A DNA stretch of 33,802 nucleotides from Acidimicrobiales bacterium (GTDB taxonomy: Bacteria > Actinomycetota > Acidimicrobiia > Acidimicrobiales > JAUTXP01). A program made the translations under genes and the position numbers. Below are positions 15,680 to 23,783 of this stretch, piece after piece. Each line of letters begins with the position of its first letter. The first letter of the stretch is position 1. The stretch is taken from the NCBI GenBank assembly GCA_036008925.1, contig DASYMT010000010.1, positions 1-33,802 on the forward strand. The letters run 5' to 3'. The notes under the pieces are model-generated. The model was given only the letters and a program-made list of their open reading frames with translations. It searched no databases and had not been told where the DNA came from.

Positions 15680-15717
15680 GGTCGCGCCCACGTCGGCATA
15701 CCGACGTGAGCGCGACC
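15680..15717 (+). terminator. Strong hairpin (17-bp stem with one mismatch, CATA loop) between the hydrolase and the MurF-like gene
   Basis: The sequence is GGTCGCGCCCACGTCGG cata CCGACGTGAGCGCGACC. There is no U-tract after it (AAAAGG follows). It ends 15 nt before the GTG at 15732. It could be a tail-less terminator or a translational or attenuator structure. Confidence 0.4.
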
Positions 15718-15731
15718 AAAAGGCGCGGGCG

Positions 15732-17228
15732 GTGAGGGCGGTGGTCGTGGTGGTGGCGCTGGCCGCCACCGCGGTGTCGGGGCTGCGGTGGCTGCGGGTG
15801 GCCCAGCGCGAGCACTACCTGCCCGGCTCGGTGAGCACCTTTGCCTGGCGCTGGTGGTCGCTCGGGCCCAACGCCATCCTCCTGCTGGCGTGGGTCCTGG
15901 GCGCGGGCCTGACCGCCACCGGCCGGCCACTGCCCGGCCTGTTCGGGGCGGCCGCGGTGGGCGTCGGCCCCTTCGGCCTGTCCGTCAGGGGCCGCACGTC
16001 GAAGCTGGCCTGGACCCGCCGGCTGAAGACCTTGGCCGGCGTGTGGGCCGCGCTCCACCTCCTGCTCCTCGGGCTCGGCGCGCTCATCCACCAGGGCACG
16101 GTGGTGGCCGTGCTCGGGGCGGGCCTGGCGCCCGTGCTGGTCGACGCCGCCTTGTGGCTCACCGCCCCGGTCGAGCGCCGGCTGGCCGAGCCGTGGGTGG
16201 ACAAGGCCAAGGCCCGATTGAACGCGGTGCGGCCCACCGTCGTGGCCATCACCGGGTCGTACGGCAAGACCTCGACCAAGGGCCACCTGGCCCACCTGGT
16301 CGGCGGCACCAAACAGACGGTGCCCACCCCCCGCAGCTTCAACAACCGGGCGGGCCTGGCCCGGGCCGTGAACGAGGCCCTGGTCCCCGGCACCGAGGTG
16401 TTCATCGCCGAGATGGGCACGTACGGGCCCGGCGAGATTGCCGAGATGTGCGAGTGGTGCCCGCCCGACGTGGCCGTCATCACCGCCATCGGCCCGGTCC
16501 ACCTGGAGCGCATGCACACCGAGGAGGCCATCGCCGCGGCCAAGGCCGAGATCCTCACCAAGGCGAGGGTGGCCGTGCTCAACGTCGACTCGCCCCATCT
16601 GGCCGCGCTGGCCGAGCGCACTCCTAACGCCCGCACCGTCTCGGCCGTGGACCGCAGGGCCGACGTGGCCGTGATCGACGGCGTGGTGTACGTGAAGGGC
16701 GAGCGCCTGGCCGGGGTGGACCCCGCGCTGGCGCCGACCAACGTGGGGTGCGCGGTGGCCGCCGCCCTGGAGCTGCACGTCCCGCCCGCGGTGCTGGCCG
16801 AGCGGCTCGACGGGCTCCAGCCCGCGGCCAACCGGCTGACCACCACCACGGCGGCATCGGGGGCGGCGATCATCGACGACACCTACAACTCGAACCCGGC
16901 GGGGGCGGCCGCCGCGCTGGCCGCGCTCCAGCGGATCGGCACCGAGCAGGGCAAGCGGGTGCTGGTCACGCCGGGCATGGTGGAGCTGGGGGTCAAGCAG
17001 TACGACGCCAACCGGGACCTGGCCGCCGAGGCCAGCCGCAGTGCGGCCACCCACGTCGTCGTGGTCGGCCACACCAACCGGCGGGCCCTGTTGGAGGGGG
17101 CGTCGCGGGGCACTGCCGCGGTGATCGCGGTGGAGACCCGGGAGGACGCGGTCGAGTGGGTCAAGGCCAACCTGGCCGGGGGCGACACCGTCCTGTACGA
17201 GAACGACCTGCCCGACCACTACCCCTAG
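15732..17228 (+). CDS. MurF-type Mur ligase with an N-terminal polytopic membrane domain in place of the canonical N domain
   Basis: The MurF-like core shows TGSYGKTSTK, FNNRAGLA, IAEMGTYGPGEI, IGPVHLERM, DDTYNSNP and PGMVELG. Residues 1-165 form about five hydrophobic helices. All but about three of these codons end in G/C (hand count), so this part is genuinely coding. Confidence 0.85.
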   Translation: MRAVVVVVALAATAVSGLRWLRVAQREHYLPGSVSTFAWRWWSLGPNAILLLAWVLGAGLTATGRPLPGLFGAAAVGVGPFGLSVRGRTSKLAWTRRLKTLAGVWAALHLLLLGLGALIHQGTVVAVLGAGLAPVLVDAALWLTAPVERRLAEPWVDKAKARLNAVRPTVVAITGSYGKTSTKGHLAHLVGGTKQTVPTPRSFNNRAGLARAVNEALVPGTEVFIAEMGTYGPGEIAEMCEWCPPDVAVITAIGPVHLERMHTEEAIAAAKAEILTKARVAVLNVDSPHLAALAERTPNARTVSAVDRRADVAVIDGVVYVKGERLAGVDPALAPTNVGCAVAAALELHVPPAVLAERLDGLQPAANRLTTTTAASGAAIIDDTYNSNPAGAAAALAALQRIGTEQGKRVLVTPGMVELGVKQYDANRDLAAEASRSAATHVVVVGHTNRRALLEGASRGTAAVIAVETREDAVEWVKANLAGGDTVLYENDLPDHYP

Positions 17229-17239
17229 GCTGCACGGCC

Positions 17240-18298
17240 GTGAGCCAGCCCGCAGTCATCTTCGGAGGCCCTTCGCCCGAGCACGACGTGAGCATCCTCA
17301 CCGGCCTCCAGGCGGCCCGGGCCCTCGGCCCCGGCGCCATCGCCGTGTACTGGGCCAAGACGGGCGACTTCTTCGAGGTCGACCCGGCCTTGGAGGGCCA
17401 GGACTTCGTGGACGGCGTGCCCCGCCGGTCGGCCCAGCTCCGCCTGTCCCAGGGCGACGGCTTCGTCAAGAAGAAGCGCCTCGACATCAGCGCCGCGGTC
17501 AACTGCTGCCACGGCGGGCCGGGCGAGGACGGCACCCTCCAGGCCGCGCTCGACCTGGCCGGCGTGCGCTACACCGGGCCCAACGTGGCCGCCGCCGCCC
17601 TGGGCATGGACAAGCTGGCCTTCGCCGACGTGGTGGCCGCCGCGGGCATCCCCACCCTGCCCCGGGCCGCGCTGACCCCCGACCTCCAGCCCGGCTTCGA
17701 CGGGCCGTACATCGTGAAGCCCCGCTTCGGCGGGTCGAGCATCGGCATCTCGGTGGCGGCCGACCTCGACACGGCCAAGGCCCTGCTCGCCTCCGACCAG
17801 CACCTGCGGGCCGGGGCCGTCGTGGAGCCGTACCGGCCCGATGCGGTGGACGTGAACATCGGCGTGCGCACGTGGCCGCAGCTCCAGCTCTCGGGCATCG
17901 AGAAGCCGCTGCGCCAGGCGGGCTCTGCCATCCTCGGGTACGCCGACAAGTACGTGGGCGGCGAGGGCATGGTGAGCGCCCCCCGCGAGTTCCCGGCCGT
18001 GCTGCCGCCTGCCATCGACAAGGCGGTCAAGGACGCGGCCGAGCGCATCGCCGGGTTGGCGGGGTTGCGCGGGGTGGCCCGCATCGACTTCCTGCTCGAC
18101 GGCGACGAGCTATACGTCAACGAGGTCAACACCATCCCGGGCTCGCTCTCCAAGTACCTGTGGGACGTGCCCTTCGAGCAGCTCCTGCGCGACCTGCTCG
18201 ACGAGGCCGAGCGCAGGCCGACCTTCCACTGGACCACGGCCGGGGCGGACGGCGCCGCGCTGCGGTCGGCGGGCTCGATCGCCGGAAAGCTGGGGTAG
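17240..18298 (+). CDS. ddl: D-alanine--D-alanine ligase family ATP-grasp enzyme
   Basis: The GTG at 17240 gives VSQPAVIFGGPSPEHDVSILTG. Other motifs are GGPGEDGTLQAALDLAGVRYTG, VKPRFGGSSIGIS, ARIDFLL and VNEVNTIPG. The upstream part of the track ORF is a shadow of the MurF-like gene. Confidence 0.8.
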   Translation: MSQPAVIFGGPSPEHDVSILTGLQAARALGPGAIAVYWAKTGDFFEVDPALEGQDFVDGVPRRSAQLRLSQGDGFVKKKRLDISAAVNCCHGGPGEDGTLQAALDLAGVRYTGPNVAAAALGMDKLAFADVVAAAGIPTLPRAALTPDLQPGFDGPYIVKPRFGGSSIGISVAADLDTAKALLASDQHLRAGAVVEPYRPDAVDVNIGVRTWPQLQLSGIEKPLRQAGSAILGYADKYVGGEGMVSAPREFPAVLPPAIDKAVKDAAERIAGLAGLRGVARIDFLLDGDELYVNEVNTIPGSLSKYLWDVPFEQLLRDLLDEAERRPTFHWTTAGADGAALRSAGSIAGKLG

Positions 18299-18300
18299 CC

Positions 18301-18837
18301 ATGGCCCACTTCGCATTGACCGCGGTGGGGAAGGACCGGCCCGGGATCGTGGCCGCGGTGACCGGCGTGCTGGTGGAGCACCAGTGCAACCTGGAGGACA
18401 CGTCCATGTCCATCCTCCGGGGCCACTTCGCCATGATGCTGGTGGTGGCGGGCCCCGACGTCCTGAACCCGGCCGCGCTGGAGGACGCGGTGGTGCAGAG
18501 CACGGGGGCCTACGACCTGGTCGTCGCGGTGCGGCGCATCGACGACGACGTGCCCGACTCGCCCGAGGGCGACGCCTGGACGGTGGCCGTCTACGGCGCC
18601 GACCGGCCCGGCATCGTCCACCAGGTCACCGCCCTGCTGGCCGACGCAGGGGTGAACGTGACCGACCTCACCACCCGGGTGATCGGCGACGCGGCCCGGC
18701 CCGTCTACGCCATGGTCCTCGAGGTCACGCTGCCGCCCGGTGTGGCCCCCGACGAGGTGGCGGCCAGGTTGGATGCAGAGGCGGCGTCGCTCGGGGTGGA
18801 GTGCAGCCTGCACCCGTCCGAGGCCGACATCCTTTAG
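18301..18837 (+). CDS. Tandem ACT-domain protein (GcvR-like)
   Basis: The ATG is at 18301. There are two ACT-like repeats, each opening with G.DRPGIV (TAVGKDRPGIVAAVTGVL and VYGADRPGIVHQVTALL). Confidence 0.8.
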   Translation: MAHFALTAVGKDRPGIVAAVTGVLVEHQCNLEDTSMSILRGHFAMMLVVAGPDVLNPAALEDAVVQSTGAYDLVVAVRRIDDDVPDSPEGDAWTVAVYGADRPGIVHQVTALLADAGVNVTDLTTRVIGDAARPVYAMVLEVTLPPGVAPDEVAARLDAEAASLGVECSLHPSEADIL

Positions 18838-18843
18838 CCGCCG

Positions 18844-19344
18844 ATGCCCGTCCGGCCCGTCCTGCGCCTGCCCGAGCCCGTGCTCAAGCGCGTGGCCGAG
18901 CCGGTGAAGGAGATCGACGAGGAGGCCTTGGCCCTGGCCCAGGACCTGCTCGACACCATGCGGGCGTCGCCCGCGTGCGTCGGGTTGGCCGCCCCCCAGA
19001 TCGGGGTGGGCCTGCGGGCCTTCTCGGTGAACGTGACCGGGCACAAGAAGGCCGAGTCGTGCCACGGCGAGTTCGTGCTGTTCAACCCCGAGGTGCTGCT
19101 GGCCCACGGCCCGCTGGTGGCGCGCGAGGGGTGCATGAGCGTGCCCGACCTGACCGGCGACGTGGCCCGGGCCGGGCGGCTGGTCGTGCGGGGGCTGACG
19201 CCGGAGGGGGCGGAGCGGGTGCTCCAGGTCGACGCCTTCGAGGCCCGGGCCGTGCAGCACGAGATCGACCACCTCGACGGCCTGCTGTTCCTCGACCGGG
19301 TCACGTCGGCCGACGCCGTCTTCAAGAGGAGGGTGTACCGATAA
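18844..19344 (+). CDS. def: Peptide deformylase
   Basis: The three PDF motifs are present: GLAAPQIG, EGCMSVP and QHEIDHLDG. Confidence 0.9.
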   Translation: MPVRPVLRLPEPVLKRVAEPVKEIDEEALALAQDLLDTMRASPACVGLAAPQIGVGLRAFSVNVTGHKKAESCHGEFVLFNPEVLLAHGPLVAREGCMSVPDLTGDVARAGRLVVRGLTPEGAERVLQVDAFEARAVQHEIDHLDGLLFLDRVTSADAVFKRRVYR

Positions 19345-19958
19345 TGGCCTTCCCCCGCAAGCTGCTCAACGACGGCGAGGACATCGTGGCCGAGCTCCGG
19401 CCGCACTGGTGGGTGTTCGCCAAGCCCGCGGCGGCCGTGGTGCTCTTGTTCGTGCTGGCCACCATGGCCCAGTTGCAGTGGCACAACGGCATCGTGACCG
19501 GCGTGCTGGCCGCGGCCGGCCTTGTGGCCTTGGTGTGGCTGGGCGTCCGGTACCTGCGGTGGGCCACCACCCAGTTCGTCATCACCACCGACCGGCTGAT
19601 CCTGCGCCACGGCGTGCTGGCCAAGCACGGCAAGGAGGTCCCGCTGGAGCGGCTCAACGACATCACCGTCTCGCAGACCTTCTTCGAGCGGCTCATCCGG
19701 GCGGGGGACGTGGTGCTGGAGTCGGGGGGCGAGCGGGGCCAGCAGGTGGTGTCGAACATCGCCCGGCCCTTCGAGGTGCAGAACGTGATCTACGCCGAGA
19801 TCGAGCGGGCCCAGAACCGCACGGCCGACCGGGCCACCGGGTCGCGCGAGCTGTCCATCCCCGAGCAGTTGGAGAAGCTGGACGAGCTGCGGCAGCGGGG
19901 CGTGCTCACCCAGGCCGAGTTCGACGCCAAGAAGGCCCAACTGCTGGACCGCATGTGA
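19344..19958 (+). CDS. Membrane bacterial-PH (bPH2, YdbS/YdbT-like) domain protein with a C-terminal SHOCT motif
   Basis: The ATG at 19344 overlaps the def stop (TAATG). Two TM helices are followed by ITTDRLILRHGVLAKHGKEVPLERLNDI, which is bPH2-like. The C-terminus SIPEQLEKLDELRQRGVLTQAEFDAKKAQLL is SHOCT-like. Confidence 0.8.
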   Translation: MAFPRKLLNDGEDIVAELRPHWWVFAKPAAAVVLLFVLATMAQLQWHNGIVTGVLAAAGLVALVWLGVRYLRWATTQFVITTDRLILRHGVLAKHGKEVPLERLNDITVSQTFFERLIRAGDVVLESGGERGQQVVSNIARPFEVQNVIYAEIERAQNRTADRATGSRELSIPEQLEKLDELRQRGVLTQAEFDAKKAQLLDRM

Positions 19959-20701
19959 TGGCCGAGCTGCGTCCGCTGCGCATCGTGAGCCTGGTGCCGT
20001 CGGTGACCGAGACCCTGCTGGCGTGGCGGGTCACGCCGGTGGCCTGCACCCGCTTCTGCGAGCAGCCGTCGCTGCCCCACGTGGGCGGGACCAAGGACCC
20101 CGACCTGCGGGCCGTGGTGGCGATGCGGCCCGACCTGGTGGTCATGGACGAGGAGGAGAACCGCCGGGAGGACGCGGCCGAGCTGCGCGAGGCCGGGGTC
20201 GACGTGCACGTGACCGCGGTGCGCTCTGTGGACGACGTGACCCCCGCGCTGAAGGAGCTGGCCGAGCGGGTGGGCCGGGGCGGCGTGGACGTGGCCGACG
20301 TGGACGGGCGGGCGCAGCGGGCCGAGGGCGTGCGGGCCTTCGTGCCCATCTGGAAGCGGCCGTGGATGACCATCAACGCCGACACCTACGGGTCCTCGAT
20401 GCTGGCCGCGGTGGGCGCGGTCAACGTGTTCGGCGGCGCGGGCCGGCGCTATCCGGTGGTGACGCTGGACGAGGTGGCCGCGGCCGGGCCCGATGTGGTG
20501 CTGGCCCCGAGCGAGCCCTACCCGTTCGGGCCTCGGCACGTCCCCGAGCTCCAGACGGTGGGGCCGGTGACCCTGGTCGACGGGCAGGACCTGTTCTGGT
20601 GGGGCGTGCGCACCGGGCCCGCGCTGCTGCGCCTGGCCGAGGTGCTGCGGGCCTGCACGCCCGAGCGCGGCGCTCAGCCCAGCACTGAGCGCGGCACTTA
20701 G
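19958..20701 (+). CDS. BtuF/TroA-like helical-backbone binding protein without a signal peptide
   Basis: The ATG at 19958 overlaps the previous stop (TGATG). RIVSLVPSVTETLLAW...RPDLVV...WMTINADTYGSSML...PDVVLAPSEPY fits the cluster-A substrate-binding fold. The N-terminus starts directly with the mature domain. Confidence 0.75.
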   Translation: MAELRPLRIVSLVPSVTETLLAWRVTPVACTRFCEQPSLPHVGGTKDPDLRAVVAMRPDLVVMDEEENRREDAAELREAGVDVHVTAVRSVDDVTPALKELAERVGRGGVDVADVDGRAQRAEGVRAFVPIWKRPWMTINADTYGSSMLAAVGAVNVFGGAGRRYPVVTLDEVAAAGPDVVLAPSEPYPFGPRHVPELQTVGPVTLVDGQDLFWWGVRTGPALLRLAEVLRACTPERGAQPSTERGT

Positions 20702-22062
20702 CGCAGCACCGAGCGGTCGCCCTCGCGCATCCCCGCCACGATGCGGCGGAAGGCGGCGGCCGAGTCCTGGCCCATGGAGTCGCGGTCGAGCCAGCGCACG
20801 CCGCGCTCGCGGTCGATGCCGTAGACGCCGAATCGGGGCGTGTACGTGCCCCACTCGTAGTCGTCGGCGAGGGTCCGGTGGTAGTAGCCGCAGACGGGGT
20901 GGCCCGCGTCCGCCGCGTCGGCCACCGCGGCCAGGTTGGCCTTGAGGTAGGCGGGCCTGGCCCAGCCGTCCTGGCGGGGCCTGCTGATGCCGCGCTCGAC
21001 CGCGTTGCACATGCCGTTCCCGGCCACCCACAGGTCGAGTCCGTGTTCGGCGTGCGACGCCAGCCCGCGGCGCAGCCCGTCGGGCGAGGGCGGGTCGTCC
21101 CACGGCTTGGGCTCGGGCAGGCGGCGGATGCGATGGGAGGCCACGGGGTCGGAGAAGTCGATGGGGACGACGTCGAGGGTGCGCTCGCACGGGCTGTCGT
21201 AGACGGCGGCCACCGTGCGGGGGAAGGCCTGCTCCAGCGGGACGGCGCCCTTGGTCCAGCGGCGCAGGGCCCGTTCGCCCGCGCCGCCCGCGCCGCGGAG
21301 GCCGTCGTAGAACTCGGCCCGTCGCCCGGCCAGCCAGGGCTTGAGGTCGTAGCGGCCGATGCCGCGGCTGCGGGCCAGCAGCAGGTCGACCAGCAGCCGG
21401 TCCAGTTCGTAGAGGGAGAGGGCGAAGGTGGTGGCGCCGGCCACGGCCTGGGGCTGGCGCTGGTGGATCGCCTCGTAGGCGAGCACGTGGGCGGCCAGCA
21501 GGTTGTCGAGGGCCCGGATGGCCCGGGCCGTGTCGAGGCGGCGGCCGGGCGGGAAGCGGCCGAGGACGTACGACTGCACGGCCAAGATGTTGGGCTCGTT
21601 GACCGTGATCCAGTGCCGGCAGCGTCCGGAGAAGCGGTCGACGGCCAGCTCGACCCACTGGCGGAAGCGCTCGGGCGAGTCGGGCCGGAGCCAGAAGTCG
21701 ACGCTCAGCCAGGCCGGGTGGGTGAAGTGGTGGAGGGTGACGAGGGGCTGCATGCCCCGGTCGTGGACGGCGTCGAGGATGGCGTTGTAGCGGTCGATGG
21801 CGGCCTCGTCGACCTGGCCGTCGAGGGGCTCGCAGCGGGCCCACTCGATCGACAGGCGGAAGGCGTCGCACGTCAGCTCCTGGGCCTTGTCGAGGGCCCG
21901 GGCGAACTGGTTCCAGAAGTCGAGGGCGATGCCCGACGGCTCGACCCGGCCCTCGGCCTCCCACCACGACCAGTTGTTGGCCGGCTCGCCGGGGCCGTTG
22001 TAGCCGCCCTCGACCTGGAAGCCCGCGGTGGCCACGCCGAAGCGGAAGCCGGGCGGGAGCAT
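20698..22062 (-). CDS. Glycoside hydrolase family 1 (beta-glucosidase-like)
   Basis: I take the ATG at 22062, giving MLPPGFRFGVATAGFQVEGG. Also present are FRLSIEWARCEP, TLHHFTHPAWL and ITVNEPN (acid/base Glu). The upstream 81 codons of the track ORF look non-coding. Confidence 0.9.
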   Translation of the reverse strand: MLPPGFRFGVATAGFQVEGGYNGPGEPANNWSWWEAEGRVEPSGIALDFWNQFARALDKAQELTCDAFRLSIEWARCEPLDGQVDEAAIDRYNAILDAVHDRGMQPLVTLHHFTHPAWLSVDFWLRPDSPERFRQWVELAVDRFSGRCRHWITVNEPNILAVQSYVLGRFPPGRRLDTARAIRALDNLLAAHVLAYEAIHQRQPQAVAGATTFALSLYELDRLLVDLLLARSRGIGRYDLKPWLAGRRAEFYDGLRGAGGAGERALRRWTKGAVPLEQAFPRTVAAVYDSPCERTLDVVPIDFSDPVASHRIRRLPEPKPWDDPPSPDGLRRGLASHAEHGLDLWVAGNGMCNAVERGISRPRQDGWARPAYLKANLAAVADAADAGHPVCGYYHRTLADDYEWGTYTPRFGVYGIDRERGVRWLDRDSMGQDSAAAFRRIVAGMREGDRSVLR

Positions 22063-22085
22063 GGCGGGCACTCTTGCATGGCGGC

Positions 22086-22117
22086 GCGTTTGGATAGAAA
22101 TTCCTGCGTAAACTCGC
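22086..22117. promoter_or_regulatory. AT-rich divergent promoter region between the GH1 gene and the regulator
   Basis: gcgtttggatagaaattcctgcgtaaactcgcg is conspicuously AT-rich for this genome. The TANNNT-type hexamer TAAACT (22109-22114) lies 3-9 nt before the possible starts at 22118, 22121 and 22124, which suggests a leaderless regulator mRNA. Confidence 0.35.
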
Positions 22118-22777
22118 GTGGTGATGGCCCGCACCACCCGAGACGGCATCCTGGCCGCACTGAAGCGCCGGGGCGAGGCGCGGGCCGAGGAGCTGGCTTC
22201 GTCGTTGGGGGTCACGGTCTCGGCGTTGCGCCAGCACCTGGTCTCGTTGACGGGGGAGGGGCTGGTCGGGCACCGGGAGGTGCGCAGCGGACCGGGCCGG
22301 CCCAAGCACTTCTACTCGCTGACCGCGGCGGCCGAGGCGCTGTTCCCCAAGACCTACGACGAGCTGGTGTCGGAGCTGTTGGAGTACGTGTCCGACGAGG
22401 ACCCGGCCCTGTTGGAGCGGGTGTTCGAGCGGCGCCGGGAGCGGCGGGTCCTGGGGGCGCGGGCCCGGCTGGCCGGGCTGTCGTCGCTGGAGGACAAGGT
22501 CGTGGAGCTGGCCCGCATCCTGGACGAGGACGGGTACCTGGCCGAGGTGGTGCCTGCCGAGGCGGCGGGCGCGTTCCGGGTGGTCGAGCACAACTGCGCC
22601 ATCCTCGGGGTGGCCGCCCGCTACGGACAGGCCTGTACGTCTGAGATCGACTTCATTCGCACCGTGCTGCCCGAGGCCGAGGTCGACCGGGTGTCCCACA
22701 TCCTGGCGGGCGCCCGCCAGTGCGCCTACGAGATCCGCCCTCGGGCGGGGGGCCGGCGGCGGGCGTCGGTCGTCTGA
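22118..22777 (+). CDS. ArsR/DeoR-type winged-helix regulator with a SufR-like Cys motif
   Basis: The N-terminal wHTH is ILAALKRRGEARAEELASSLGVTVSALRQHLVSL. The C-terminal part is EHNCAILGVAARYGQAC...ARQCAYEI, i.e. C-X12-C-X28-C. Possible starts are GTG 22118, GTG 22121 and ATG 22124. Confidence 0.7.
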   Translation: MVMARTTRDGILAALKRRGEARAEELASSLGVTVSALRQHLVSLTGEGLVGHREVRSGPGRPKHFYSLTAAAEALFPKTYDELVSELLEYVSDEDPALLERVFERRRERRVLGARARLAGLSSLEDKVVELARILDEDGYLAEVVPAEAAGAFRVVEHNCAILGVAARYGQACTSEIDFIRTVLPEAEVDRVSHILAGARQCAYEIRPRAGGRRRASVV

Positions 22778-22870
22778 CCTGCGCTGCCCTGACCTGACCC
22801 GTTCTTCGGACGTCGAACGCAGCCTGGTGCGGACTGTGCCCAGGACGGGAGTGGGTCAGCCGGGAGAGGG

Positions 22871-23767
22871 TCAGCCGAGGCCGAGGGCCTCGGCCGCCCG
22901 CTCCAGGCGGTCGAGATCCCAAGGCGCCCGCAGGGCCAGGTTCACCTGGTCGGCCCCCGCCTCCACGTACTGCTGCACCCGCTCGGCCACCTCGGCCCCG
23001 CCGCCGACCAGCACGCCGGGCCGCACGGCCATGCGCAGGTTGGCGAACTGCTCGGCCACGTCGTCCTCGTCCCGGGCGTACCCGAGGTTGACCGCGCTGC
23101 GGATCTCCGAAGGGTCGCGCCCAACCTCCGAGCACCACGAGTGCAGCACGGCCCGCTTCTTGGCGAACTGCTCGGGCGACACGAAGGGCACGTTCCACCC
23201 GTCGGCGAACCGGGCCGCGATGCGCAGCGTGCGCTTCTCGCCCCCGCCGCCGATCCACAGGGGCAGCCCGTCCTGCACGGGCCGGGGCTCGTTGGCCGCA
23301 TCCTCCAACGAGAAGTGACGGCCCGAGAATGTCGTACGCGGCTCCCGCAACAGGCCCCGCACGCACTCGGCCGCCTCCTCCAGCATGTCGAGCCGGGCGC
23401 CCACCGGCGGGAAGGGGATGCCGAAGGCCCGGTACTCCACCTCCGACCAGCCCGCGCCCAGCCCGATGTCGGCCCGTCCGCCGGACAGGTGGTCGATGGT
23501 GGTGACCGCCTTGGCCAGCACGGCCGGATGCCGGTACCCCACGCAGTACACCAGCGAGCCGACGCGGACCCGCGACGTCGAGCAGGCCAGCGCGGTGTGG
23601 GCCGCGACCGCTTCGAGACACGAGGGGTTGCCGGTGAGGTCGGCCGCGTAGAAGTGGTCCCAGATGGAGATCCACCCGAAGCCCAGCGACTCGATGCGCT
23701 GCCACAGCTCGACCAGCTCGTCGACGGTCGTGTGCTGTAGCCCGGTGTGCACCCCGAACACGGTCAT
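22871..23767 (-). CDS. LLM-class (luciferase-like) F420-dependent oxidoreductase
   Basis: This is a 298-aa ORF. SIWDHFY, GYRHPAVLAKAVTTIDHLSGGRADIGLGAGW and EYRAFGIPFP are typical of the F420-dependent LLM family. Confidence 0.9.
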   Translation of the reverse strand: MTVFGVHTGLQHTTVDELVELWQRIESLGFGWISIWDHFYAADLTGNPSCLEAVAAHTALACSTSRVRVGSLVYCVGYRHPAVLAKAVTTIDHLSGGRADIGLGAGWSEVEYRAFGIPFPPVGARLDMLEEAAECVRGLLREPRTTFSGRHFSLEDAANEPRPVQDGLPLWIGGGGEKRTLRIAARFADGWNVPFVSPEQFAKKRAVLHSWCSEVGRDPSEIRSAVNLGYARDEDDVAEQFANLRMAVRPGVLVGGGAEVAERVQQYVEAGADQVNLALRAPWDLDRLERAAEALGLG

Positions 23768-23783
23768 GGCCGAGAACCTAGCT

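Noticed and set aside
20670-20701. An 8-bp hairpin (GCGCTCAG-N7-CTGAGCGC) and a TTAG overlap of the convergent stop codons of the BtuF-like and GH1 genes.
   Set aside because: The stem is short and lies within the coding 3' ends. Overlapping or abutting convergent stops also occur at 544/545 and 9736/9738, so this seems a general feature of genome compaction rather than a specific element.
19790-22699. A 969-aa minus-strand ORF spanning several genes.
   Set aside because: Its composition is extremely Arg/Pro/Gly-rich, and it is antisense to or out of frame with four motif-supported genes (PH-SHOCT, BtuF-like, GH1, regulator). It is not coding.
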